From: Torpedo marmorata
Lineage: Eukaryota
Reading direction: 5' to 3'
Assembly (NCBI GenBank): GCA_977017645.1
Contig: OZ360222.1
Location: forward strand, 208,320,001 to 208,384,000
DNA: 64,000 nucleotides
Part shown: positions 23,722-35,137 of the stretch, piece by piece
Layout: each line of letters starts with the position of its first letter
Position numbering within the stretch: the stretch's first letter is position 1
Translations under genes and position numbers: made by a program
Notes under the pieces: generated by a model
Told to the model about the DNA's origin: nothing
The model's input: only the letters and a program-made list of their open reading frames with translations
Database searches by the model: none

Positions 23722-24165
23722 GTGAAACATGAAAGTCTGCAGACCCTGTGATTGGAGTAAAAACACAAAATTGCTGGAGGAACTCAGCAGGTCTTGCAGC
23801 GTCCATGAGAGGTATAGATGTATAACCAATGTTTCGGGCCTGAGCCCTTCTTCAAGGTATGAGCAAAAAGTAAGCAGGCGCCTGAATAAAAAGGCCGAGG
23901 GAGGAGGGAAGAAAGGGTAGGGGAAGGAACACAGCCCAACAGCCAAAAGGTGATAATTGTATATGGCTCGTAGGACTGGAGAGGAAAGGTGGGAAATGAT
24001 TGAGGGAGGGGATGGCTTTGTGAATGCCGAGGGAAAGAGAGAGAGACAGAGCTAGAAGAAAGGAGATAGGGACAGAGAGACGGGGGGGGGGGGGGCGGGG
24101 GGCGGTGGGGGGAAGATGGAGACTGGAGAAATCAATGTTAATGACACCTGGAAGCTGGTTTGAGA
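23722..24165 (-). mobile_element. Penelope-like 3' end/pLTR
   Basis: GTINID-like end of the GIY-YIG ORF (PGVINIDFSS in ORF 23852..24217). Motif GTTTCGGGCCTGAGCCCTTCTTCAAGG at about 23831-23857. Confidence 0.8.
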
Positions 24166-24414
24166 CCTGACGTATTTTCTTGTGGTGGGACTTGTGCTGG
24201 TGAAAGCCCAACTTCAAAAGCTAACTCCAGATTACTACACTTCTATTTATGTCATCAGAACATGTCCTAATTTTACTCCAAGCTCTAATTTTAACAGCAC
24301 CATTTTGTTCTGGATTTCCATCCTGAAGAAACAGTATGCAACCGAACAAAACCACTTCTCATTTTAAACTGCTCAGTTAGAGAGCCCATAAATTTTCTTA
24401 GCTTAATGGAATAC

Positions 24415-24635
24415 AATGACTGTTTCCGGCTTGGGCCCTTCGTCAGGCATAAGCATAAACAGGCAAGTGCCTGAATAAAAAGGTGAGGGGAAGGGGGAAG
24501 GAGGAGAGTAGGGAGTGCTCCTGACTTTTTTTGCTTATACCTGACGAAGGGCTCAGGCATGAAAGGATGGTTACCCTTTGCTTCCTATGGATGGTACGTA
24601 GCCTGCTGAGTTTCTCCAGCATGTTTGTGTATTAC
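24415..24635. mobile_element. Inverted pair of Penelope pLTR segments, each with a CTGACGA hammerhead-like core
   Basis: GGGCCCTTCGTCAGGCATAAGCA (24434-24456) is the inverse of TGCTTATACCTGACGAAGGGCTC (24532-24554). Confidence 0.7.
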
Positions 24636-25504
24636 TCAAGCCCAATGCCAATTCGTCCTCACTCAGTGACTAGACCTGCATGCCTTACTCCAGTAGCTAT
24701 GACCAATACTTTGTACAAATGAAGCAGCATCTCCTTGATTTCCCACTGCAGTCCTGTTCAGATAAAGAAACACCTTCAACTTGACCTTTTGCTTTTATTT
24801 ATTGATGCTTTTACACAACCATATATCAGGTCACACAAATCCCTCTCTTCTTCCATGGTTCCTAGCCTCTCAACATTAATAAAGTATTCCAATTTTATTT
24901 CTTGGATCACTTACCCACATTGTACTCCCATCTCCTACAGGATCTGTGTAATGCTACATTGAAGCTTGCAGCTCCCATCCGTCTAATTTACTGTGAGCTC
25001 TTTCTTACCATCAATTACAAAGGAAATCTTAAAGAGAACATTATGCCATAACACTCCCTTCTGCACCACTCCCTTCTATTGTGAATTGAATATTATAAGG
25101 AGTACTGTGCTGCAAACACTATCACTCCATTACACACCTGTCTTTTGTCACAGAAACACAACATTCCTCTCTATAACAGACCTTTCCATCACACTCCTTC
25201 CCCAATAACATTTCAAATTCCTTCTGTATCACTAGTTTCCTTTTCCATCACTCTTGTCAATTGCATTTTCTTGCGTATAATGCTCCGCTCTCCATAACAT
25301 CGCCCTATTTATTATTTGGCTGTCAATAGTACACAAAATTCACAGAAATTATGAAATAAAGAAATGTCATGGGAGAGAGCAAGTTTACAGGGAGACCAGT
25401 GCATAAAAAAAGGAAAAGCTACTGAGCTATCAATACTGCAGAGAGTGCTTGCATACAAGTGGTATAGAACTGTACAAACTGAAGAACAACAGTGCTACAG
25501 GCCA

Positions 25505-25752
25505 AAGTCACACTGCCGAAAGAACTCAATGGGTTTGAGCAGCATCTGTGGTGGGAAATGAGTCAATGTTTCGGGTCAAAACCCTACATCAAGACTGGTC
25601 TTGACATCTTGACATCATTAGTCTTGATGAAGGGTTTGGACCCAAAATGTCGTCTCTCCATTTCTCTCCCCAGATCCTGCTTGACCCGTTGAATTCCTCC
25701 AGTAGTTTGTTTTTTACTCCAGATTCCAGCATTTGCAGTCTTTTGTGTTTTC
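25505..25752. mobile_element. Fold-back element of two inverted Penelope pLTR arms
   Basis: ATGTTTCGGGTCAAAACCCTACATCAAGACT pairs with AGTCTTGATGAAGGGTTTGGACCCAAAATG; the outer arms are also complementary. Confidence 0.78.
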
Positions 25753-26009
25753 GGTGCTACAGGCAAGATATTACCAGAAAGGCGACAGTGCAATTATTCT
25801 GTTAAGTCAATTCCTTACAAATTAAGTCTGATATGTAGAATCCTAGCTCTCTGAATGAGATGATTTGCAGAGTCTGTACCAGGTCATACCAGGTAACCTC
25901 TTACATAACAAGATACTGTACCCTTGCTATTCCTAATACTTTCATTGACATCTGTGCACCACTCTCCTGTCTAATGTATATCTCACACCCTACAATTAAT
26001 ATTCTTCAT

Positions 26010-26300
26010 AGAATAATAGAAATTCATGGCACATAAGGTGGGTGTTTACCCATTTATGTCCATGTTAGCCAAAAATGGACCTTATACTATTCCCACTTTA
26101 GGGATCTTGATTTCTACCCATACTACATCCGGCTTGTCAGGTGGTCATTGGGTAGTTTTTAAATTTGGCAAGGGTGCTTGTCTCTGCTATTTTTTCAGGC
26201 AGTGAGTTCAGAGAGCGAAAATAAAATAGTAATTGTAAGTCACAAATCACAAAGATAACACTTTGACATAAAACTTAAATTTATGCTCCCTGGTTCTTTA
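26010..26300 (-). mobile_element. Old CR1 3' fragment
   Basis: ATAGAATAATAGAAATTCATGGCACA tail complement; TCAGGCAGTGAGTTC; AAACTTAAATTTATGCTCCCTGGTTCTT. Confidence 0.55.
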
Positions 26301-26908
26301 TGTTGTTCAGATACGTGTCAATGGCCTGGAGATTGGATGAGCTCCTGGAAGTGTTTACCCAATGCTATTGTTTTGCAAATTGCTTTTTATTGTCACTATC
26401 CAATGTCTCACTTGGCCCCAGTTTATAAATTATGAATGACGTTCAATTTTATTAATCTACTAGAATCGAGTGGAGCTACAATTAAAGGTGATTTCAATTA
26501 ATCACTGGGAAATATCATTTACCAATACTTCATGCTAATTTTTTGCAATGTTCCTGCCATCATTTGACAATGGCTCCAATCATCAGGATTTCCCTCTATT
26601 TGCACAACTTAGGAGAAATGGAGGGGAACGAGGAGTCAGAATGCAAATCACTATAACCAGCTTCAGGCTTGCATGAACCTACATCTGCAGAGATGCCACA
26701 TTGGAAGTCTGCCCCTTTCAGCATTTGCAGCTTGGTGAGAGCTACAGCAATGCTGATTTCACAAGTGTCCTCAGCTGCGAACTCTCAACATAAACCATAA
26801 TCGTATGGAATGCTGTCATGGACACAAAAATTACTCAAACTAAAGAAAGGAGGGCAGGGCAAAAGTGGGGTCACAGTCTAAACCTTGCTCTGTCATATTA
26901 CTCGTAGC

Positions 26909-29433
26909 AAAAACACAATGCTGGAGAAGCTCAGCAGGTCAAACAGTGTACGTCATATACACTTTTTCATTTTGTTCGGGCGCCTGCTCACATTTTGCTC
27001 ATACCTTTTTTTTTTCTTTTTTTTTTTTATAATTTTATTTAACTTTTAAAATCACAAAATACATAAATCAAAAATAGTATATCATTCAAAATACATGTGA
27101 TATATTACCTCCCCCCCTCCCACCCTCCCCTCCCCAACCCTCCCACACTATTCTAATAAAAAAAAGGAAAGAGAAAAAAAAAAGAGGTATTAGTTAAAAA
27201 GAAGAAAAAAAAAGAATAGAATTGAATATTAAAGATTTAAGAGTTAGAATGAGGAGAAAACAATTACAAGCTAACTCTACTTATATATTGGAGGTTACAT
27301 TTGTCAGCGGTACCAACTTTTAGAGAATTAATTCATACCCATAATTCTCATATATGGGCTCCAAATTTTCAAAAAGAAATGATATTTATCTCGTAAATTA
27401 TATGTAATTTTTTCCAATGGTATACAAGAACGTAATTCTGCATGTAGTCTATCTAAATTCAAATCTAAATCTGATTTCCAAGTAATAGCAATACATTTTT
27501 TTGAAATCGCTAACACAATTCGTAAAAATTCTATTTGATACATATTCAATCTATTTCTAATACTAATTTTTTTAATATCTCCAAATAAAAATACCATAGG
27601 ATCCATTGGAATCGTAATATTAAAAATTCTATCTAAAAAATCCTTAACTTTAGACCAAAAATTTTGAATTTTTAAACATGACCATGTACAGTGTACAAAA
27701 GAACCTATTTCATCTTTACACCTAAAACACATATCTGATAATGCCGGATTAAATTTCTTTAATTTTTTAGGTGTTATATATAATTGATGAAAAAAATTAT
27801 ATTGTACTAATCTATATCTAACATTAATAATTTTAGTCATACTCAATTTACATAATTCTTTCCAATGTTGTTCATCTATACTAATATTTAAATCTGACTC
27901 CCAATTTAATCTAGATTTATGTAATCCTACTTTAGGCATCTTTCTCTGAAGTAGTTTATACATTTGTGATATAAATTTATTAAAATTTCCATTAGTAATT
28001 AGTAACTCTAATCCATCTTGTCTAGGAGATATTAATTGATTCCCCAATTTCTCAACTAAAAATCCTTTAACCTGATAATAAGCCAAAATCGTATTATCCA
28101 TTATTCCAAATTTTTCTTTCAACCTAGAAAAAGTAACAAATCTTCCCACCTCAAAGCAATCTTTGATCTTCTTAATTCCTTTTTGATACCATAATTTTAA
28201 AAATTGGTTATCAATAGAAAAAGGTAACAATAAATTCTGATATAATGGCATATTTAAAGATATTGATCCTTTTCGTCCTATCTCATTATCTATCTGAGTC
28301 CAAATTTCCAATAAATGTTTAATAATCGGTGATTTTTTCTTTTTAATTAATAATAATTTAGAATTCCATTTATAAATAATATCTTCCTTATATCTTTCCC
28401 CTATATTACTCAATTCTATATTAATCCAAGCAGTATTTTTAGTTGTCAAAAAATTCATTAATAAATTTTAATTGTGCTGCCTTATAGTAATATTGAAAAT
28501 TGGGAAGCTGTAATCCACCCATTTCGTATTCCCAAGTTAATTTATCTATACTTACCCTTGCTAATTTTCCTTTCCATAAAAACTTTCTAACAATGATTTT
28601 TAAATCTTTGAAAAATTTTTGAGGAATACCAAAAGGTATAGATTGAAAAAGATATTGAACTCTTGGAAAAATATTCATTTTAATACAATTCACTCTTCCC
28701 ATTAGAGTTATAGGTAAATCTTTCCAATTTTCCAAATCTTTCTTTATTTTCTGAAATAAAGGTATATAATTTAATTTATATAAATTTTCCAATTTTGTAT
28801 CTACTTTAACTCCCAAATATTTAATTGCTTCTTTAGCCCATTTAAATTTTGTAACTTCTTTACATTTAGTATAGTCTCCTTGAGATAAAGCCATTATCTC
28901 ACTCTTATCCGAGTTTATTTTATATCCAGATATCTCACCATACTCCCTCAATATCTTATCTAATTGTTGAAGCGATTCAATAGATTTCGTCATATATATT
29001 AATACATCATCTGCAAACAAACTAATTTTATGTTCTTCTGTACCTACTTTAATCCCATTTATATTAGTATCTTTCCTAATCATTTCAGCCAACGGTTCTA
29101 TTGCCAATACAAACAAAGCAGGTGACAAAGGACATCCTTGTCTTGTTGATCGTGTCAAGGAAAATTTAGATGATATTTGACCATTTGTAATTACTCTAGC
29201 TGTAGGTTCCTTATATATAGTCTTAATCCAATTTATAAAAATATTTCCAAATCCATATTTCTCTAAAACCTTAATTTTTTTGCTCATACCTTGATGAAGG
29301 GTTCAAGCCTGAAACGTTGGTTATGTATCTTTATCTTTACTATATAAAGTACACTGTTTGACCTGCTGAGTTTCCCCAGCATTGTGTTTTTGCTTCAATC
29401 ACGGGGTCTGCAGACTTTCGGTTTTACTTTATG
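26909..29433 (+). mobile_element. Short Penelope pLTR insertion (inverted 5' piece plus forward pLTR) hosting an L1
   Basis: Outer TSD TTACTCGTAGC (26898-26908, 29434-29444). 26909-26950 is the inverse of about 29349-29392. Hammerhead-like TTGATGAAGGGTTCAAGCCTGAAACGTTGGTT at 29291-29322. Confidence 0.8.
27008..29277 (-). mobile_element. 5'-truncated L1-clade LINE (ORF2 RT C-half and Cys-rich domain, one frameshift near 28450)
   Basis: TRQGCPLSPALF...ISLFADDVLIY...IKYLGV in 28439..29287 and CFRCKDEIGSFVHCTWSC in 27328..28458. Poly(A) and AATAAA at the left end. 15-bp TSD TTTTGCTCATACCTT (26993-27007, 29278-29292). Confidence 0.95.
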
Positions 29434-29610
29434 TTACTCGTAGCCACTGGTTTTCTTCAAATCTATCATGCACATGAATGGGAATCTTGGTTAGAGGTGC
29501 TCCAAGACAGCACCAGTAGTGGGTTTGGTTTTTCATCTCATCCAAATGGCTATCTTTGGAGTTTAGAAGAGAGAGGGGTGATCTTATTGAACCACTTGAG
29601 ATCCCAGGTA

Positions 29611-30469
29611 CCGTATATACATGTGTAGTAGTCGATACCGTGTAAAAGTCAATCCCCTATTTTTGGCCCTGGCTGCCCGCCCATCCGAGCTCCCGACGCC
29701 CCTATCGCCCACCCATCCAAGTTCCTGATGCCCCGACCGTCCACCCATCCAAGTTCCTGATGCCCCGACCGTCCACCCATCCAAGTTCCTGATGCCCCGA
29801 CCGTCCACCCATCCAAGTTCCTGATGCCCCGACCGTCCACCCATCCGAGTTCCCGATGCCCCGACCGTCCACCCATCCAAGTTCCCGATGCCCCGACCGT
29901 CCACCCATCTGAGTTCCTGATGCCCCGACCGTCCACCCATCCAAGTTCCTGATGCCCCAACCGTCCACCCATCCAAGTTCCCGATGCCCCGACCGTCCAC
30001 CCATCCAAGTTCCCGATGCCCCGACCGTCCACCCATCCAAGTTCCCGATGCCCCGACCGTCCACCCATCCAAGTTCCCGATGCCCCGACCGTCCACCCAT
30101 CCAAGTTCCCGATGCCCCGACCGTCCACCCATCCGAGTTCCCGATGCCCCGACCGTCCACCCATCCAAGTTCCCGATGCCCCGACCGTCCACCCATCCAA
30201 GCTCCTGACGCCCCGACAGTGGACTCTTGCCTAGGCCCCGGCCGCCCGCCCATTCAAGCTCCCGAAGCCCCAGCTTCCCACCCATCCAAACTCCCGACGC
30301 CCCGACCGCAGACTCTCACCCCGGCCACCTGCCCATCCATGCACCCGACGCCCCAAACGACGCAAGTACCTACTGCGGTCAATAGTAGTATGCATGTAAT
30401 AGTCAACCCCCCTAAACTTTACCCTAAAAATTGGTCCACAAAATTAGACTATTACACGCATATAGACGG
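29611..30469. mobile_element. Non-autonomous Tc1/mariner (pogo/Tigger-like) element carrying a minisatellite
   Basis: TIRs CCGTATATACATGTGTAGTAGTC / GACTATTACACGCATATAGACGG, with a TA TSD at 29609-29610 and 30470-30471. Confidence 0.88.
29675..30360. repeat. 32-bp minisatellite (about 16 homogeneous units plus degenerate flanking units)
   Basis: Unit CCGTCCACCCATCCAAGTTCC(C/T)GATGCCCCGA runs head-to-tail over about 29706-30215 and decays outward. Confidence 0.95.
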
Positions 30470-31846
30470 TAGATGTTGTAATGTTTCCACTGGTGGGAGA
30501 GTCTTGAACTAAGGGGATTTAGTTAAAAGATAGGTGTGGAGCAGTAACATAGAACTAAGGTGCATAGGAAATGTCTTCTTGCAGAGTGTGGTGAATCTCT
30601 GGAATTCTCTGCCACAGTGGGTTGTAGAGACCTGATCACTGGAGGCAGTTAAAGAGGAGGGAGATGCATTTTTGATAGATCTGAAGATTGAGGGAAAATT
30701 AGAATAATTGAGGACCTGACATAGAAAAGATTGAGGTCTAGGGCAGGTCAGTCATGTCTACATTAAATGGCAGGACAGGCTTGAGGGGCCAAGTGGCCTT
30801 GTCCTGCTCCTATTTTATTCTGTTCTTAACTATGGGTAGTAATTTACTCAAGTGTTGGACTGTACATATGAATTTTATAAACAGGGCATGAACCAACAAC
30901 CCTTCGAATCTGAGGCAGGAAAGCCAATTTCACTTAAGCCCTTTTCACAATCCAGGAGAAGTTTCAAGCTGAATGAATTACTGCCCTGACGTCCCCACAT
31001 AGTTGAATTCCTCACCACCTCAGTGTGAGAGTGGGGAAAAAAAATCCTTCAGCAGGACATCTTGTTCTGTTAGGTAATGCTGCTTCAAAGGACGGAGCCA
31101 AGAACAGTTTGTGCTGAAAGAAAGCAAAGAGAAAATGACTCTCATTCCTTTTCAATGCTAAAATATTTTTCTGACTCATAACAGTGCCTTTTTTGGGGAA
31201 AACATAAATTATTCTTTCTATCTAATGACAGGCTGATGAGTGCTTGGGGTGAGCATCCATAGGACAATAAATTACTTGTGTTCTGGTGAGTGGAAAGTGG
31301 CAACAGTGGTGCCAGTTGGTTTTGCTGTTAGTTGCTTCTTCCACTTTCTCTCATCTTTTCTAAATGATGCTGATCCTTCCTGAGGTAGGGTTCAACGGGT
31401 ACAGCCAGCACATCAACATGTCAAACCATCTGTCCATTCAGCCTTAAAATATGTTACTCAAGGGGTAGAAATTAAACTCTGCAGCACCCACCATTGAGAT
31501 GGTGGTACTGTGTACAGGGTTGAAATTAGCTCTGAGTGCACCATGGGTTGAGTGAGTATGTGTGGATTGAATGCCTGCCTGAAGTATACAGATTAGGCAT
31601 GATCATGATGTCAACCAAGGTGGAAGGAATGGCATGGAGTCACGGCAATCATTGCTGTTGCCTCTAAGCTCCAGGAACCCAGGTTCAATTCTCATTTCAC
31701 TATTATGAAGGATTGTGCTATTCAATAAGATCACCAGTTATTTAGAGATATTTTTGGTTGATTTCTATCTGGGTTATCACATTTCTACAGTGATTGGTAG
31801 TTTCTGTAGCAGTTTTACATTGCAGAGGTCAATGTGGCGGATTTTT

Positions 31847-32646
31847 TTTAATTTTTTTAAATATTTTATTTAAAATTTTTAAATCACACAATACACAGTT
31901 TAAAATGCAAATTCCTCAAATTACATGTGATACATTTTCACCCCCCCCTCCCCCCCACCCTCCCCTCCCTAACCCTCCCGAAAAGAAAGAAAGAAGAAGA
32001 GAAGGATAGAGTAAGGAGAATGTCAATCTAAAAAGAACAACTATAAACTGATCTTATTGTGGAGGATAGGCTCGCCAGCCAGACCCGATGTCCAGAGATC
32101 TTCAAATCCTTAAACCCACAATTTTTATATATGGGCTCCATACTTCCAAAAAGAAATGATACTTATCACGTAAATTATATGTAATTTTTTCGAGTGGTAT
32201 GCAAGAACGCAATTCTGCGTGCCATCTTTCCAACCCCAAATCTACATCCGACTTCCATGTAGTGGCAATACATTTCTTAGAAACGGCCAAAGCAACACGC
32301 AAAAACTCCGTCTGGTACATATTCAATTTCACTCCAACACTGGTTCCTTCAATATCTCCAAACAAAAATATCATAGGATCCATTGGAAGTGTAGTTCCTA
32401 ATACTTTATCTAAAAAGTTTTTAACTTTCAACCAAAAATCATAAACTTTTGGACAAAACCATGTAGAATGTACAAAAGAACCTTCCTCTTTATTACATCT
32501 AAAACATAAACCAGATAATGTCGGATTAAATTTCTTTAGTCTTTTAGGTGTTAAATATAGTTGATGAAAAAAATTATATTGCACCAATCTATATCTAACA
32601 TTAATAATCTTCGTCATACTTTGTTTACATAATTTTTTCCAGTGTT
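31847..32646 (-). mobile_element. L1-clade LINE 3' fragment (sister subfamily of 27008-29277)
   Basis: ORF 32102..32617 is homologous to the C-terminus of 27328..28458. 16-bp TSD AATGTGGCGGATTTTT (31831-31846, 32647-32662) at a TT/AAAA site. Confidence 0.93.
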
Positions 32647-33054
32647 AATGTGGCGGATTTTTAATTAATTCTTGCCGTCCTTAGCCTTATTTACAAAGCA
32701 CCTGCCGCTAGACATGAATGCATTAGTAGGCATTCTCTTTGCACGCAGAATTGCAGTTAACATAGGCAGAGGCATGTAGAGCAGAACATAGCCCAGAAAG
32801 GTTCAGGAAAGGAGGGCAGTGAAGTTCCCAGCAGGAGATTCCATCCAATCGTGGTGCTGAGGAAACATTTCTCCTTGCTGAATCTCATGAAAAGTATTGT
32901 GATGCCTGCACTTCACGTAGGATGTCGTTAATGAAACCCACCACCTGCAGTAACCACAGGTACAACCTTGGGGAAGGACAAGAACCGCATTGGCAATTGC
33001 TGGTCAAAGTAATGAATGATGTTTCCTCATTATTCCAGGACAACAAGTAATTTG

Positions 33055-33250
33055 GAGCACATGACTGATCCTGACCATTGTGAGGGCACTGCACTTCTTG
33101 CACCATCATCACCCTCAGGGCCTGAGTGGCTACCATCTCCTCTGAACCTGTTTTAGTGCCTTCATAGCTGCTTGGAGATGCAGGACATCTCTACAGCTAT
33201 GTGCTTCCTCTACCAAGGTCTCTGATGCTACGTCCAAAAGCATTAGCGTT
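33055..33250 (-). pseudogene. Decayed Myb/SANT-like DNA-binding domain sequence, probably from a PIF/Harbinger transposon
   Basis: DVASETLVEEAHSCRDVLHLQ...RRW* followed by a shifted-frame WCKKCSALT resembles the Myb/SANT pattern D..LE.LVEEV..RRDVL...W....QCRKKFNDL. Judged by eye; contains stops. Confidence 0.4.
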
Positions 33251-33284
33251 TTCTTCCAATATTTTGGCATTCCCCATTGCAAAA

Positions 33285-33670
33285 GATTCACCATTGAACA
33301 GTACAGCACAGTAAAGGCCCTTTGGCCCATGTTATTATGCTGACCTATGTAAACTTACTGTACTTTAATCTAACCCTCCACCACCCCCCTCCCTTCCACA
33401 GCCCACGACCCTCCATTTTCCTTACACCCATGTGCTGATCCAAGAGTCTTTTAAATGTCCCTATTGTGTAAAATCCCTCCTGGTGACGTCTCCCTAAACT
33501 TTCCTCTGCTCACCTTAAACAGATGTCCTTTGGAATTGGCCATTGTTGCCCTGGGAAAAAAGGTGCTGGCTGACCACCCCCCCCCACCCTATTTAAGCCT
33601 CTCAAAATCATATACACCTCTATTAAGTCATCTTACATCCTCTGTCACTCTAAAGAGAAAAACAGCCGAC
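33285..33670 (-). mobile_element. CR1 LINE 3' fragment
   Basis: ACCATTGAACAGTACAGCACAGTAAAGGCCCTTTGGCCC tail complement; CACCTTAAACAGATGTCC; ATATACACCTCTATTAAGTCA. Confidence 0.8.
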
Positions 33671-34250
33671 AGTATCTGATTGAACCAAAGTACACCTCTG
33701 TACTAATAGGTGTACAGCTTTCAACATTGTGGGTTATCTTTAATTAGAATCAGCCACCCACAAATTTGGACTCCTGTTGGTGCAATAGCTTGGGTAAAAG
33801 TAGATGGAAGCTGAAAACATTACAATGAATAGGGAAAATAAAACCACTGTACGCCTGAGTTGTAGTCAACAGTTGGGGGAGTTAGCCACGCATTATGATT
33901 AAAATAAGCATTTTCCAGGATGATCGAATTTAGCCCCCAGTGTCAGCAGGTAGCAGATCGGAGAAGACATCACAGTGAAACTCAATCCTATCGTCACAGA
34001 AATTTGTACTGCAGAACAAATACTGGCTGCAATCTCTCCTTCCTAGCCCAGGGATAGTCAAGGTCTGCGTATCCAGTTTTCCTGTTTATCCAACTTTACA
34101 TCTGCCAATCTGTCAGTCTGCATTAGATGTTTGCACTGTTTCATGCCTGGCCAGACAATGCAGCTATATTTCTCAAATAGCAGAAGCAGTTCATCATTGA
34201 TATTGCAGAACTCAAATGAATATTTATTCAATTAAGGTAGATAATAATAA

Positions 34251-34410
34251 AGTGGTTCTCAACCTTTTTTTTCCATTCACATACTGCCTTAAGTAACCCC
34301 TTACTAACCACAGAGCACCTATAGCGTCCTATCCCAAAGGTGCTCTGTGGTTAGTAAGGGATTACTTAAGGTGGTATGTGAGTGGAAAAAAAAAGATCGA
34401 TAACAACTGG
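34251..34410. mobile_element. Palindromic hAT (Charlie-like) MITE, solo module
   Basis: AGTGGTTCTCAACCTTTTTTTTCCATTCACATACTGCCTTAAGTAACCCCTTACTAACCACAGAGCACCT is mirrored by the right half. Homologous to the modules at 58200-58573. Confidence 0.8.
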
Positions 34411-34897
34411 TAGTATATGTTGAAATCCCGATATATTTATGAGGTAAGCAGAGAAAGTGCCAGACCAGTTGAGGATCGCTCTGTACATTGCTGGGCCATA
34501 AGGCTCGGACTTTGAGCAACCTGTCACCAAATGATGGATTGATAAAGCTACAGGGATCCAGTGCTGGCTACTCTGTGCTTTTGACCTGCTTTTATGCAAG
34601 TGCCGTTTGATGCAAGAGGTTCGAAGGCTGCTGGTGGAGAATAGGTCATGTTAAAACAAAAGGTGGATGACATGTTGTCAAGGCTGGAACAGCTATACAA
34701 ACTTTCTCAATTGTTTCCATGGAAATGGCTCTAAGCTCTATTTTCATAAATTACTTTCTTTCCCCTCAGTTTCTAGGAATTGCTCACTGACTAATCTTCC
34801 AAGTAATGTCGCTGAATGACGTCACAAGGGACCCCCTGACTGACAGCAGTGTTAACACTGTGATTTCCTCCCCTTCCATGTGCAGCAGTTCACAATC

Positions 34898-35118
34898 CTT
34901 CTGACCATTCTCACTGGGGGCCATATGCCCCCCTCTTGAGGGCCACAACATATTTAAGGGGGGGCATGGACCAAAATCATAAAATATTTTTTATGTAGTT
35001 GGTAGGAGAGAAGCACAGAAGAAACCAACTAAACGTGACTGCTTTACAGGGAAGGGGGCCATAAATTTTGATGAGAGTCCTAAGGGGGCCACAGCCAAAA
35101 ATAGGTTGGGAATGGCTG
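34898..35118. mobile_element. hAT/Charlie-like MITE
   Basis: GACCATTCTCA...GGGGGCCA subterminal motifs and a right end AGGTTGGGAATGGCTG. Confidence 0.55.
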
Positions 35119-35137
35119 TTTTAGGCAATGCATTCCT

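Larger units (their letters stand above)
29540..30830 (+). mobile_element. Old CR1 3' fragment interrupted by a Tc1/pogo MITE
   Basis: TTGGAGTTTAGAAGAGAGAGGGGTGATCTTATTGAA continues after 30471 with ATGTTTCCACTGGTGGGAGAGTC...GTGGTGAATCTCTGGAATTCTCTGCC. Confidence 0.8.

Noticed and set aside
29675-30360. CRISPR-like array of 32-bp repeats
   Set aside because: Units are contiguous with no unique spacers, there are no cas genes, and the context is vertebrate.
29584-30512. Long repetitive ORFs (233, 183 and 186 aa) in several frames
   Set aside because: Artefacts of a stop-free 32-bp minisatellite inside a MITE; no evidence of coding.
34817-34824. Perfect CRE palindrome TGACGTCA
   Set aside because: A single 8-mer is expected by chance in 64 kb, and there is no supporting promoter context.
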